A stretch of 64,000 bases of DNA from Mytilus edulis. Its lineage: Eukaryota. The stretch spans positions 40,486,001-40,550,000 of the forward strand of contig NC_092350.1 of assembly GCF_963676685.1 (NCBI RefSeq), read 5' to 3'. Shown here in pieces: positions 22,181 to 35,908 of this stretch. Positions within the stretch are counted from its first letter, which is position 1. The number at the start of each line of letters is the position of its first letter. The notes below the pieces were generated by a model, which saw only the letters and a list, made by a program, of their open reading frames with translations, was not told where the DNA came from and did not search any database. The position numbers were made by a program, and so were the translations under genes.

Positions 22181-22789
22181 TCATAATTTCAAAAATTAAA
22201 TGATTATGAATAACCCCTTACATTTTTTGAAGTGATTATGCATAATTTCAAAAATGTTAGTAATTATATGAACAGTGATTCTCCATAATCCCTGAAAAGT
22301 TTTAAGTTATACAGAGACAGCAAAACTCTCTCATCTAAAGACACCACGCTGTCCAAATTACGCTATTGAGATATGACATTATATAACCATCGACTATGTG
22401 CCGTACTTGGTAATACAAAAACTAAGGCCAAAATATATCAACTTATTGAATGAAAGTTAGAAAATGGGAGAGGGCGAGCTCTACCAAGCAATTCAACTGT
22501 TTCGTGCTGAATACAAAAAAAAATATATTATCTGAAATTGACCTTATATTGTGTTTATAAGTTGCAGCTAAGATAGATTCAACTATACATGATATTTTGT
22601 ACTTGTTTTGGCTTTCAATCTTTTTCATCTGAGCGTCACTGGTTATTCTTGTGTGGACGAAACGCATGTCTGGCGTATTATATTTTAAACCTCGTACCTT
22701 TTGTTAGCTATTATTCGTGTTTTTATTTGTATTGTAGTCCTCGGACTTCTTTTGAACTGAATTTTAATGTGAGTGTTATTATGCGTTTA

Positions 22790-23130
22790 CTTTTCTACAT
22801 TGGCTAGAGGTATAGGGGAAGGGTTGAGATCTCATAAACATGTTTAACCCGCCGCAATTTTGCTCCTGTCCCAAGTGAGGAACTTCTGGCCTTTGTTAGT
22901 CTTGTATGATTTTTAATTTTAGTTTCTTGTGAATAATTCGGAGTTTAGAATGACGTCCATCATCACTGTACTAGTATACATATTTTTAAGGGGCCAGCTG
23001 AAGGACGCCTGCGGGTGCGGAAATTTCTCGCTACATTGAAGACCCATTGGTGGCCTTCGGCTGTTGTCTGCTCTATGGTCGGGTTGTTGTCACTTTGACA
23101 CATTCCCCATTTCCTTTCTAAATTTTACTG
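22790..23130 (+). repeat. Interspersed repeat family C
   Basis: aggggccagctgaaggacgcc...ttgacacattccccatttcc also at ~4080-4180, 25375-25715, 35305-35380, 61560-61740. Confidence 0.65.
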
Positions 23131-23601
23131 TCTTGTAATGTTGTAATTTTAATGTTATATTTAACATTGCCATTGAAGCGTCAGGTTTGGCATGCCACAA
23201 AACCCATCATTTTTTTTCTTAAAATTTCCTGCACCAAGTCAGGAAAATGGCCATTGTTATATTATAGTTCGTTTCTGTGTTGTGTTTCTGTTGTGTCGTA
23301 GTTCTCTTATATTTTTCCTGAGTTTCTCTCAGTTTTAGTTTTTAACCCGGATTTTTTTTTTCTAAATCGATTTATGAATTTCGAACAACGGTATACTACT
23401 GTTGCCTTTAGTTATTATATAAAAACTTAAACTGTTCAGAAGAGCATAATAGTTTATATACGAATACCAAACTAAGAGAGATTTACTAAGATGGTCAACT
23501 GCAACATGCAGATGTAGATAATAAAAGTAATATTTATTGTAAAACAATTTTAACGAGTGTTTGTTCCTTTGAATATAATCATGTGACACGAATAACAAGG
23601 T

Positions 23602-24358
23602 TTAATTTTCAACTCCATAGATGAAAATGGTTTGATTATAATTTGCAATTAAAAGACTATTGGCTTTTCTGTCGAAATGAATCGGACCAGGACTTTCCAA
23701 TCCTTCATCTTTAGACAAAAGATGTCTGTTTTGTTGTCTATCAGGGGATATCACTACGACTCGATTTAATTCTCTACAAGCTACATACACGTTTCCGGAG
23801 TTATCAACTGCTAAGCCTCGTGGACACTTCAAGATAGTCTCATCTTTAAATATCCAAACTGTCTTTCCGTCCATGTCACAACAGGTAACACTTTTAGTGC
23901 CATCGTTGGTAAAAAACATTTTATTATCAAAAATATCAATACACGACCATGACGGTAAATCAGAAATGACGATAGCTGTAGTACTGCCGTCCTGAGGGTT
24001 TATTTTGAAAATTCCCTCACTCATTGCACAAACGTACAATGACCCATCGAGGTGTTTTATTCCATAGCACTGATAGTTTGTTGGAATAAACTTTGATATT
24101 TTCTTTTCCTTAATATCGATAATACAGACGCCTTTGTGTTTGTGCAAAGGTGATGTTGCAGCTAACGTTCTGTCATCTATATATGTTATATCAAATGAGT
24201 TGGCATTATTAACTATGACTTTACTAAGTTTTACGCCGTCAGAACCAAAGATCATTACTTCCCCGTGAGAGTGAGTATAGTCACTCAAGGCGATGTTTCC
24301 GCTTGGTAGAGAAACTATTCCTTTAATGCTTTGAACTGTTGTTTTTATGGTTTTGTTT
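23602..24358 (-). pseudogene. TRIM-like copy 4: propeller-only partial duplicate of copy 5
   Basis: Near-identical to the C-terminal ~250 aa of 26187-27881 (one V/M change); lacks B-boxes, coiled coil and promoter. Confidence 0.85.
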
Positions 24359-26186
24359 TCTAATGCATATTATTGAAAAAAATCTATATGGTTCAAAAAC
24401 TCATATGGTCCTGCCCCGTTAATAACCGAAAGGAGTATATACTCATATGGTCCAACCATACGCGTATGGTCGGACCATATAAGTATACGCATACGGTCAT
24501 GACCATACGCGTATTTTCCAAATACTCATATGGTCCGGAACATATATCGTTTATCAAATACTAAGGCTTTTCTACCTCAGGAATAGATATTCTTAACTGT
24601 ATTTGACAAAACTTTTAGGGAATGGTAGTCCTTAATGCTCTTCAACTTCGTAATTTATTTGGCCTTTTTAACTTTTTGGATTCTAGCGTCACTAATGAGT
24701 CTTTTGTAGACGAAACGACGCGCGTAAATATAAAATTTAATCCTGGTATATATGATCTGTTTATTCATAATTTCAAAAATTAAATGATTATGAATAACCC
24801 CTTACATTTTTTGAAGTGATTATGCATAATTTCAAAAATGTTAGTAATTATATGAACAGTGATTCTCCATAATCCCTGAAAAGTTTTAAGTTATACAGAG
24901 ACAGCAAAACTCTCTCATCTAAAGACACCACGCTGTCCAAATTACGCTATTGAGATATGACATTATATAACCATCGACTATGTGCCGTACTTGGTAATAC
25001 AAAAACTAAGGCCAAAATATATCAACTTATTGAATGAAAGTTAGAAAATGGGAGAGGGCGAGCTCTACCAAGCAATTCAACTGTTTCGTGCTGAATACAA
25101 AAAAAAAATATATTATCTGAAATTGACCTTATATTGTGTTTATAAGTTGCAGCTAAGATAGATTCAACTATACATGATATTTTGTACTTGTTTTGGCTTT
25201 CAATCTTTTTCATCTGAGCGTCACTGGTTATTCTTGTGTGGACGAAACGCATGTCTGGCGTATTATATTTTAAACCTCGTACCTTTTGTTAGCTATTATT
25301 CGTGTTTTTATTTGTATTGTAGTCCTCGGACTTCTTTTGAACTGAATTTTAATGTGAGTGTTATTATGCGTTTACTTTTCTACATTGGCTAGAGGTATAG
25401 GGGAAGGGTTGAGATCTCATAAACATGTTTAACCCGCCGCAATTTTGCTCCTGTCCCAAGTGAGGAACTTCTGGCCTTTGTTAGTCTTGTATGATTTTTA
25501 ATTTTAGTTTCTTGTGTATAATTCGGAGTTTAGAATGACGTCCATCATCACTGTACTAGTATACATATTTTTAAGGGGCCAGCTGAAGGACGCCTGCGGG
25601 TGCGGAAATTTCTCGCTACATTGAAGACCCATTGGTGGCCTTCGGCTGTTGTCTGCTCTATGGTCGGGTTGTTGTCACTTTGACACATTCCCCATTTCCT
25701 TTCTAAATTTTACTGTCTTGTAATGTTGTAATTTTAATGTTATATTTAACATTGCCATTGAAGCGTCAGGTTTGGCATGCCACAAAACCCATCATTTTTT
25801 TTCTTAAAATTTCCTGCACCAAGTCAGGAAAATGGCCATTGTTATATTATAGTTCGTTTCTGTGTTGTGTTTCTGTTGTGTCGTAGTTCTCTTATATTTT
25901 TCCTGAGTTTCTCTCAGTTTTAGTTTTTAACCCGGATTTTTTTTTTCTAAATCGATTTATGAATTTCGAACAACGGTATACTACTGTTGCCTTTAGTTAT
26001 TATATAAAAACTTAAACTGTTCAGAAGAGCATAATAGTTTATATACGAATACCAAACTAAGAGAGATTTACTAAGATGGTCAACTGCAACATGCAGATGT
26101 AGATAATAAAAGTAATATTTATTGTAAAACAATTTTAACGAGTGTTTGTTCCTTTGAATATAATCATGTGACACGAATAACAAGGT

Positions 26187-27881
26187 TTAATTTTCAACTC
26201 CATAGATGAAAATGGTTTGATTATAATTTGCAATTAAAAGACTATTGGCTTTTCTGTCGAAATGAATCGGACCAGGACTTTCCAATCCTTCATCTTTAGA
26301 CAAAAGATGTCTGTTTTGTTGTCTATCAGGGGATATCACTACGACTCGATTTAATTCTCTACAAGCTACATACATGTTTCCGGAGTTATCAACTGCTAAG
26401 CCTCGTGGACACTTCAAGATAGTCTCATCTTTAAATATCCAAACTGTCTTTCCGTCCATGTCACAACAGGTAACACTTTTAGTGCCATCGTTGGTAAAAA
26501 ACATTTTATTATCAAAAATATCAATACACGACCATGACGGTAAATCAGAAATGACGATAGCTGTAGTACTGCCGTCCTGAGGGTTTATTTTGAAAATTCC
26601 CTCACTCATTGCACAAACGTACAATGACCCATCGAGGTGTTTTATTCCATAGCACTGATAGTTTGTTGGAATAAACTTTGATATTTTCTTTTCCTTAATA
26701 TCGATAATACAGACGCCTTTGTGTTTGTGCAAAGGTGATGTTGCAGCTAACGTTCTGTCATCTATATATGTTATATCAAATGAGTTGGCATTATTAACTA
26801 TGACTTTACTAAGTTTTACGCCGTCAGAACCAAAGATCATTACTTCCCCGTGAGAGTGAGTATAGTCACTCAAGGCGATGTTTCCGCTTGGTAGAGAAAC
26901 TATTCCTTTAATGCTTTGAACTGTTGTTTTTATGGTTTTGTTTAGCTTTAATGTGATATCAGCAATTGATGTTTTCATTTTTACCTCTACTATTTGAGCT
27001 TGTTTACTTTTATGCCTGACGAGAGAAGTTTGACAAGTAGTTGTCTGTACCTTTACTGGTCCAAATGTTTTGATATTATTGATAATGTTGCTTATTTTGT
27101 CATTAATTTGCAGAATCAAAGTAATTTCATCCAAGCTATGATCTCTAATGATCGACTGCAGGAACGACTCAGTAGTTGCTGCTTCTGACGAGATCTTCCG
27201 CAATCCAAGGAACGTTTGAACGTCGGTTGCATTCCTGTCCATATCTTTTAATTGTTGTTCAGCATCGTTAGTGTTACCACTCTTATGTTCTAGTATCTGT
27301 AGAGTTTGGTTCATATCATTCTTTAATTTTGCTGTAATGTCAGAGACTTCATTTCTTATCTTCTCTTCCAATTCATCTAAGTGATCATTAATCTTGTTCC
27401 TTGTTTCGCTGATCTGGGACAATATAGCCTCTTCTTGTTGCTTGATACTTCCTTTTTGTTTCGTTATTTTATTTTGTAGCATTTCTATATTTCTATTTAT
27501 ATCGTTCAAACTTTGTTGTGTTTCCTGGAAAAGTGACGACTTTTTAACGTTTTCTATAACCTTACTAATGGGTATTATACCTTTGCATCCATCATGTTTC
27601 TCAATACATTTAAGACAGAGAAGTTCATCGTGAGCTTGGCAAACCAATTGGTATTGTTCATTGTGGTCCATGCACGTATTACTGATTTGTGAAATAGATA
27701 AAGACAGCGCCGAATTGTCCTGAATCGATACAGTCACGTGATGTTTAGACAACTTTGAAAATCCGTGGTAAGCGTTACAATCATTACAAAATGCTTGTTC
27801 ACACTCGGGACACCAGAAAGTTGACGATTTGGTAACATGTCGTTGTTCACAGATATCACAGAGTTCCTGGGAAGCTGCCAT
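26187..27881 (-). CDS. TRIM-like protein copy 5 (564 aa), B-box x2, coiled coil, NHL-type propeller
   Basis: True ATG (MAASQEL) at 27881 after acceptor ttttggtag; same domain motifs as copy 3. Confidence 0.93.
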   Translation of the reverse strand: MAASQELCDICEQRHVTKSSTFWCPECEQAFCNDCNAYHGFSKLSKHHVTVSIQDNSALSLSISQISNTCMDHNEQYQLVCQAHDELLCLKCIEKHDGCKGIIPISKVIENVKKSSLFQETQQSLNDINRNIEMLQNKITKQKGSIKQQEEAILSQISETRNKINDHLDELEEKIRNEVSDITAKLKNDMNQTLQILEHKSGNTNDAEQQLKDMDRNATDVQTFLGLRKISSEAATTESFLQSIIRDHSLDEITLILQINDKISNIINNIKTFGPVKVQTTTCQTSLVRHKSKQAQIVEVKMKTSIADITLKLNKTIKTTVQSIKGIVSLPSGNIALSDYTHSHGEVMIFGSDGVKLSKVIVNNANSFDITYIDDRTLAATSPLHKHKGVCIIDIKEKKISKFIPTNYQCYGIKHLDGSLYVCAMSEGIFKINPQDGSTTAIVISDLPSWSCIDIFDNKMFFTNDGTKSVTCCDMDGKTVWIFKDETILKCPRGLAVDNSGNMYVACRELNRVVVISPDRQQNRHLLSKDEGLESPGPIHFDRKANSLLIANYNQTIFIYGVEN

Positions 27882-28616
27882 CAAATATATTCTACCAAAA
27901 AAAGGAACTTTTTTTTTCAATACTAGATGTGAAAAATCTTCATGTTATTACACTAAGTACATTATATATTGGATGTGTACTAATCCATATTTAAGACTTA
28001 TAGATACATGATGATTTTACTATTCTGAATAACTGTTCATGATAAGACTAACCTGAGAAGTATGTTATTCGGTCAAAGTAATTTTTTCAGGTTATCTATA
28101 CCAAATATTAACGAAACACATCATGTAAACCATTCAATGAAAAGGTAAATACAGCCTGATTTTGACCAAAATGTGGGAATCCGTGGTACCGTCTGAGAGC
28201 TATTGAACATCCATGTTACAGACGATATCGGATATATTCATTATGTCGTAACTACTATCCCATTCCCTTTAGCGAATGTGACCTACCAAATTTGACTATT
28301 TACCGGCTCTGTAATATCATGAACAACACAACGGGGGCCACAGGTGGAACAGGATCTGCTTACCCTTCTGGATCACCTGCGATCAACCCCAGTGTTTGAT
28401 TGGGTTTGTATTGATAAGTCTTTAGTTTTCTATGTTGTGTCTTGTGTCCTATAATTTGTCTGTTTGCCTTTTTCTTTTTTAGCCATGGCATTGTCAGTTT
28501 GTTTTCGATCTATGAGTTTGACTGTCCCCCTTGTATCTTTAGCCCCTCCTCCTCCAGTAATGTATTAAACCATAATAATTGATGGAATGTAACAGTTAAA
28601 TAACCGAAGACATCAA

Positions 28617-28740
28617 ATGTTTACCTATAGTGTGCAACAACGCCCAGGTACTCGACCAGGAAGTAACGACAGGAAACGAGTTACATAACGTTGATTAATT
28701 TCAAGTATTTAAACGCGGGAGTTTTTAAATTTCATTACAC
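28617..28740 (-). promoter_or_regulatory. 5' non-coding exon and promoter of copy 5
   Basis: Donor at 28624; near-identical to 15012-15130. Confidence 0.6.
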
Positions 28741-30901
28741 TGAGTATAAATTGATGCTGCACTATTAAAGAAAGTAAGAAAAAGGGACATACTTTGCAAA
28801 CAACTTCCGTTTCCAATGTGCATTGTATTATGTTGAGATGTTATACCAGCAATTACTATTCTAATTGTCTTAAACACCATTAATAGCTCTATCATTTAAA
28901 TCACGTACTATTTTGTAAAGTTTTATCTGTATTTAATTTGCTCCTTAGAAATATTCATCGTTTTCTTTTCATTGCATTGCGAATAAAATATTTAATTTTG
29001 TAGTCAATAAAAAGTGTAACAAAAATACAGAATTCCAAAGTAAATTCAAAACAGCGAAAGTCTATAAATACTGACGAAAGCAAACACTGTCAATCAACAC
29101 GACAATTGACCTGGTACAGGGATTTTCCAACGAAAATGGTGGGTTACATTTGAATATCTCGAAAGCTAAACATGCCACTTGCATGTCAATTTTTTTCAGC
29201 TCGGTTATATGGAAAGATTTTGGTGAGAAACCAAACCAGATATAATAGGTCAGTGTCATGATAATTGCAATTTAGCAGCAAAAAAACTGCAAACATACAA
29301 CACAACTGATTAAAAATATTAACAGATATACAAATAAATCGAACGAATATGCCAACAAAAAAGGTGAAGACCATTAATTTTTTATATAACGTAAAAAAAC
29401 AACTTCATGTCGTTGATAAACATAAGGCCGTATGTAGTTTATTCTTTTTCGACAAGCTTAAAATTGAATAAATAAAACTACAATGGTAAACAAAATAGAA
29501 ACAACACTGTAAAAAGCTATTGTGTCCGAATCTCACATCAGCCTGACCCACCGGCAGTAGGAACGCCCAAACTCAAAACTCCCGATGGCAGAATGCATAA
29601 ATACCGAGTCACGTAAATTTAAGTCATACACAAAAGAAACATTAAAGAACGAAGACAATTCACGAGAAAACTAAAAGTAATATAAAAATATACACACCTC
29701 CAACATATATAATCTATAACTCTTGAATCATGTGTAAAGAAGACAGTGTCCATGTATCTATTAGGTCTGTGTACTTTCCAATAAGTAAAGAATGAGTCGT
29801 TCTTTGACAAAACCTTGGCTCCTCGAACTTTTGCTCAGACTCCTTTGACGTTTTACAAAGCCTGAATAGCAACTGCAAACTCTTAAATACCGTATGTGAT
29901 ATAAGACATGTATACCCAATATATGCATAAAGTTGGTATGTTGCTGCTACGGTGAAGACAATTCAAATTTTTAAAATAGTGAAATGTCTCGTTGGTCAAA
30001 GATTTTGTTAGACAATTTTGCCGTTTGTAAAAATAAAGGATTTGTAGAAGAATATTATGCTTTAAATTTTGATATGTATGTTTTTAAAGATGTTTTAAAT
30101 ATGATTTTATAGAATAAACTATTTCATTTTTATGCATTGACCATTGTCTCTCCATTGTAATTATTATGAATAATTCCTTTTTTTGTAGTGATGATAAAAT
30201 AAATCATTTCTGAAAGTATAATGTTGCCAGTGATTCTACATAATCCCTGAAAATTCCATGGATAATGCAAAATCCCTAATTATACACATTTACTGTACAA
30301 TATGTATCAAGGAGGCAACACACCGCGACTCATCATAAGACACCAAGCTGTACACATATTACTATTGAAATATGACATACAACAATTGACAATGTGTTTT
30401 ACTTGGTAAAAAATAAAATTAGGTCATTGTCAGAAAGATATCAACTTTTCATATGAGGCTAAGAAACTTGGAGAGGGCGAGGTTTGACAAACTCTTCAAC
30501 TGTTTATAGTCGAATACCAAAAAAAAAACAAATGATATTACATAAATAGTTATCAAAGGTATTACCAATGTTGTTTTAACTGATCGAGCGGAGTTTACGT
30601 TTTGCATAAGGACAGTCTATTTGAAGATGTGTGTGATAAGGATGATTGCCGTTATATTTATTACTGATTTCTAAATCACCTATCAGTTTCATCAAAGTAA
30701 TTTACAAAACAATGACTGGACACTTCATTGATGAGTTTATCCTAAAAACACCTATCTATAGATGGACTGGTTTATTGTGAGCGAATCAGTTAAACTCCGC
30801 CCAGTCAAGTGAAATAAATTGAGTAATACCAGGAGCCTGTAATTCAGTGGTTGTCGTTTGTTTATATGCTACATATTTGTTTTTCGTTCATTTTTTTTTT
30901 A

Positions 30902-32884
30902 TGCCCGCGTCACACTGTCCCGATTTTTACGCCGATGGCAACACGATTATGGAAATTTTCAAAATCGGGACTGATCGTATCCAGATCGGGCTATTCGTAG
31001 TGCCATCTTTAACCATCGTAGAACCATCGGCCAATTTTTCTAACCTTCGGGGACAACTTCGGGAAGGGTTCTAAATTTTTTAACATGTTAAAAAATCCCC
31101 GAAGGTGCGTCCGATGTTGAGGGTTCGTATTGAGTTCGTATCACCATCCTCACCATCGTAATGTCACCGGGAATGCATCTTTGAACATCGTATTGCATTC
31201 GTGTTTGCATCGTTTCCATCGGGCAGTTTTGGCATTACGATGTCTACACGAATGAATCACGAAGCTACCCGAAGGTCTTACGATGGCAACACGACTTCGT
31301 GAAGACCTCGTAATCCCGTCGTGTTGCCATCGAATAAAAGTACGAAGGCGACAAGATGGAACTACGACGGCAATAAATCCAGCTAAATGTATTAAGTTAA
31401 TTTTCGCGCTAAAATACATTTAAAGTGCCATGCGCGATATGCACTGGTCAGTCTAATACGACAGTTAAGAAAGACGTTCACAAAACATGGAGCTCATATC
31501 ATATGATTCTATGAGAACAAGAAAGGCGACAGCGTTGTTTCTATTAATTCAAATGGAACAAGAAGAGCAGCTATTACAGGCTCCGGATTTACTTTTACAA
31601 GTAAAATATTATTTTTTGTCAATTTTTCATATCAAGTAACATAATGAAAATCATAAACGCGCCTCGTACACCAACACTGCAGGTACACGTATATAGGGAA
31701 ACCAACTTTTTCTTCATTATTCTGATTTTTTATGTATCGTCTGCGTTGTTGTCACACGAATGTTTACTCCATAACCATTTTGTTTTCTTTATGTCATATT
31801 TTGCCGCATTCGTTGCTTTCCCCACATATTTCCTTTTGTCTATATTATTATGATATTCTCCTGGAAAGAGCTCTTTTTGAATAAAAGGGATCAACGAACC
31901 CATTACCTTACCTTTAAGATAGATCAGTAAACATGGGCATAATTATGGGTGATTATTCAGACTAGTGAACACATTTTACAGTTCAAACAAGGCAATTCCG
32001 AGCGTGGCATCCCCTCGTATGTAACATATTTGGGGACAAATATGGACACTATATTTGTATATGACACATGCAGAAAATAGTAAATTGAATATGCATATTT
32101 GATATATAAACTATTTTTTTAGAAATCAACCAAAACATTCAGTAACTGGAAATACCCTTAATATTGTCTTTAGAACCAGCAGGTAAAAAAATGAGGAACC
32201 AATTTCCTGTGTATTATGCTATTTCAAGGAGAAAAAACAAGTCCATCTGCATGACCTTGACCTTTGGCCTTGAACGTAAAAAATGTCAGATCATTACAAA
32301 GAGGAACAATATACCAAATGTGGTTAAAATCTTTTGAAGCATATTGGTTTTAGAGTGTCAACAAGGGTGATATTGTCTTGTATTACAACTGCCACTGTGA
32401 CCTTGACCTTTGAACTTTAAAGTCAATAGCGCTTAAGATATTCTTAACGAGTAACACCATACCAAGTTTTGACCATTTTGGTTCTAGAGTGTCCATAACA
32501 ATTTTATCTACACGCAACTTACGGCATATCATTTAAATGCATCGTAAGCTGTACACGACGTCTTTTAGACATCGTATGGCCATCGCGCCACCATCGTAAT
32601 CCATATTGTAGCCTTCGTAATCCATCGTGTAGCCTTCGTGATCCATCGTGTAGGCTTCGGCTGAGATATGAAGCTTAAATACCCGTCTTCGGTTAACCTT
32701 CGTATGTCCATCTTTTGCTATCGTATATAATTTCGGCACCATCGTATAGACTTCGTTATTCATCGTACTTGCTTCGGTCACTTTTTGGTATTTTAACGAG
32801 ATCGGGACCAACTTTGTACGAACTTACAATTTTCGCATTCGGGTGTCCATCGTATATAAAAATCGGGACAGTGTGACGCGGGCA
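30902..32884. mobile_element. Non-autonomous PIF/Harbinger transposon inserted in repeat family A
   Basis: 28-bp TIR tgcccgcgtcacactgtcccgattttta; TTA target duplication (30899-30901, 32885-32887); many subterminal ccatcgt/catcgta motifs; host repeat A resumes after the element. Confidence 0.85.
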
Positions 32885-33084
32885 TTATACAAATAAGGTC
32901 GTTAGTTTTCTCGTTTGAATTGTTTACATTTTCATATCGGGGCCTTTTATAGCTGACTATGCGGTATGGGCTTTGCTCATTGTTGAAGGCCATACGGTGA
33001 CCTATAGTTATTAATGTCTGTGTCATTTTGGTCTCTTGTGGATAGTTGCCTCATTGGCAATCATACCACATCTTCTTTTTTATT

Positions 33085-33415
33085 TTTTATTTAGTACTTC
33101 AGACGCGTTTTTTGTCTACATAAGACTCATCAGTGACGCTTAGATCAATTTAGTTATAAAGCCAATCAAGTACAACGTTGAAGACAATTGAGGTCCAAAA
33201 ATTCTAAAAAATATTATGCCAAATACGGTTTAGGTAATCTATACCTGGAATTAAAAAAAATCCTAAGTATTTCGAAAAATTCGTATTTTTGTAAACAGGA
33301 AATTTATAAAAATGACCATTTATTATTGATATTAATGTCAGCAATGAAGTGCTGACTACATGGCTGGTGAAAGCCTCGGGGACGAAACGTACACAAGCAG
33401 TGGCATCGACCCATA
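33085..33415 (-). mobile_element. Retrozyme-like repeat (family B) with degenerate hammerhead
   Basis: Minus strand gcgtca-ctgatga-gtct-tatgt-agac-aaaa..cgcgtc-tg at ~33097-33140; rest homologous to 21962-22180. Confidence 0.6.
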
Positions 33416-35908
33416 TTAAGGACATTGACCTAATAATGTTTTTATAAGTTGCAGCTAAAAATTATACAATTATACTTGCTATAGTTAAATATAGTAAATA
33501 TGTTTATTGTTTCCTAGTTTGTACCTTGACTGCGAGACATGATTTACAAAATATTGTTATAGCTGACTATGCGAAATGAGATTTGCTAATTGTAGAAGGC
33601 CGTACGGATACCTATAGTTGTTAATTTCTATGTCATTATGTCTCTTGTAAAGTGTTGTTTGATTGCCAAGCATACCACATTTGCTTTATTTTTATATTGA
33701 ATATTGACACAAATAAAACGCATTTTCCAGAAAGTAGAAGTGTGATTTAATAAATGTAAGATTGGAAAAGTATGTACGCACCCAAGGAACAACTTTATAT
33801 TTGGTGAGATTATGTCAATAGTTATAACAAAGCTTTTGTATCAAAATATTTTGTTGTTTCTGGGCTATGCACAATGTTTTCACAATGGAAATAACGACAA
33901 AAACTGCATAAATTCTATATTTTTCATCGTTTTTGTAAAAACAATACATATTATGACATAATTTGGAAGTCATCAGATTAAATTCTTTATGTTTTTCATT
34001 TATATTTCTTGACCGTATGCATTTCCAAACATTATGTGCCAGTTTTAAAAAGTTTTCAAACATTTTAAAACTGTTTTAGATAAGAGTTTTGTTCACTTTG
34101 TCTCATACTCCTTTGAAAACATCAACATAGATATGAAAAATTGTAAAATCTTCTACTAAGCAAAACCAACTTCGATATAATAAGACCAAATACAAACCAG
34201 CGATTGCCGGTAAATTAAGAACTTACGAAAGCAAATGACTTTGCAATTGAAGTAAACCTTGCTCATTCTAACCCCCCAAAAAAGAGGTTAGAATACAATA
34301 CTCAATACATGCTGATTGTTTTAGATAAGATTTTTGTTCACTTTGTCTCATAATGGTATATTTGAATAAATCTTTGTTAAGAACATCTAAGTTTGGTATA
34401 AAAAATAAACTGTACATATAGCTCTTTTATTTTGCTCTATGTTATGAAAAAAATTCAACTCTTAAAAAAAGATAGATTAAAAAAATTGTGACAGTTATAA
34501 AAACTCATATATATAAAATTAATTTTGGCAATTCCCTATAAAAAATATATTTCATATTTTGATATATATTGGAATGAATTTACAATATTTCGTTAAAGTT
34601 TAAAAAAAATCGGAAATATCATCTTTAACAAATTACAGATCTATGTTTATTGTAATAAATCTATGTATCGTCGAAGTTTAGGACATACATTGTATAACCA
34701 CATCAATAATTGTAGATATTAAAGTTCCAAGGATAAACAATCAGAATAGAATACAGTCTACAACTTGTGCAACGCTTCTCGAGTCTTATATGTTTTCATA
34801 GTTATGGTCTATTTGTGTCAAAAGGTGTGTGTACATGTACATGTACTATAGATACAAAATGCACTTACAGTAAAGGAGGTAGAAGGTATGTGGTATTGAA
34901 TTTGGTAGGGTTCTGATACTGAAGGTTACGTCAATTTTGTATTAAAAGAGACAGGAAATTCTAACAATTCCTGAGCTTGAGTTTAATTATGGTCGGTGAA
35001 CATGCCATGTACAAGGGGGAGGGAGTATATAAAGCCAGACCGCAAACAATGCTCTGTTTCTGATATCAATTAAAACAAAAATGATTCATTAAATGTTCAT
35101 TAGATATACAATGAATTATGTTATATAACCTTAATGAAATTGTATTAAACAACAGAAGTTATGCATTAGACCGCTTGTATCGGGTTTGTAAAACAATGAT
35201 GTCTTCGACATATGGTAGCTGCTATACAAACACGCGCATATACTTCTAAAAGAATTAACTTATTAAATCAAAAATAAAAATCCTTGTCTTTAAAGTTATA
35301 TATATGCTTCTGCTGTTGTCTGTTCTATGGTTGGGTTGTTGTCTCTTTGACACATTCCCCATTTCCATTCTCAATTGTATTACTAGTGCCTGAAACTGGT
35401 AAGTACTAATATGAAACTTTTGTCAATTCGGTGCCTTTAATAACTGACTATACAGTAAAGGCTTTGCTCATTGTTGAAGGCCTAACGGTGACCTAAACTT
35501 GTAAATTTTTGTGTCATTTGGTCTCTTGTGGAAAGTTCTCTCCTTTGACTATCATACCACATTTTCATTTTTTATATGACAACTATTTGATATCAATACT
35601 AAAAAAAAGTGAACAGAAGAGAGTAATAGATAGTCCCCGTGAAAGGCGCATTACTTGTCGTTTTTTTTTTGTCATTGTTGACTATATTTCCACACAAATA
35701 CTTGGACGAATGAAGGTTTGTTTGTGTGCTATTAGCAGACACGAATGCTTAATTTGTAAACAAACATTGAGAAAGAAGTTCTATTATTCATCTCTAAATA
35801 CAACAAAAGGGCATAACAGATGTGGTAAATAAAAACAAAACATTATAAAATTTTAATAATTTTGCGTGTTCTTTGTATTTTGTATTTAAATGATTCTATA
35901 AGAAAATT

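Larger units (their letters stand above)
21771..26943. repeat. Near-identical tandem duplication of ~2585 bp (21771-24358 and 24355-26943)
   Basis: Duplicated ORF-track peptides; only about 4 differences seen; junction with gttt microhomology at 24355-24358. Confidence 0.92.
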
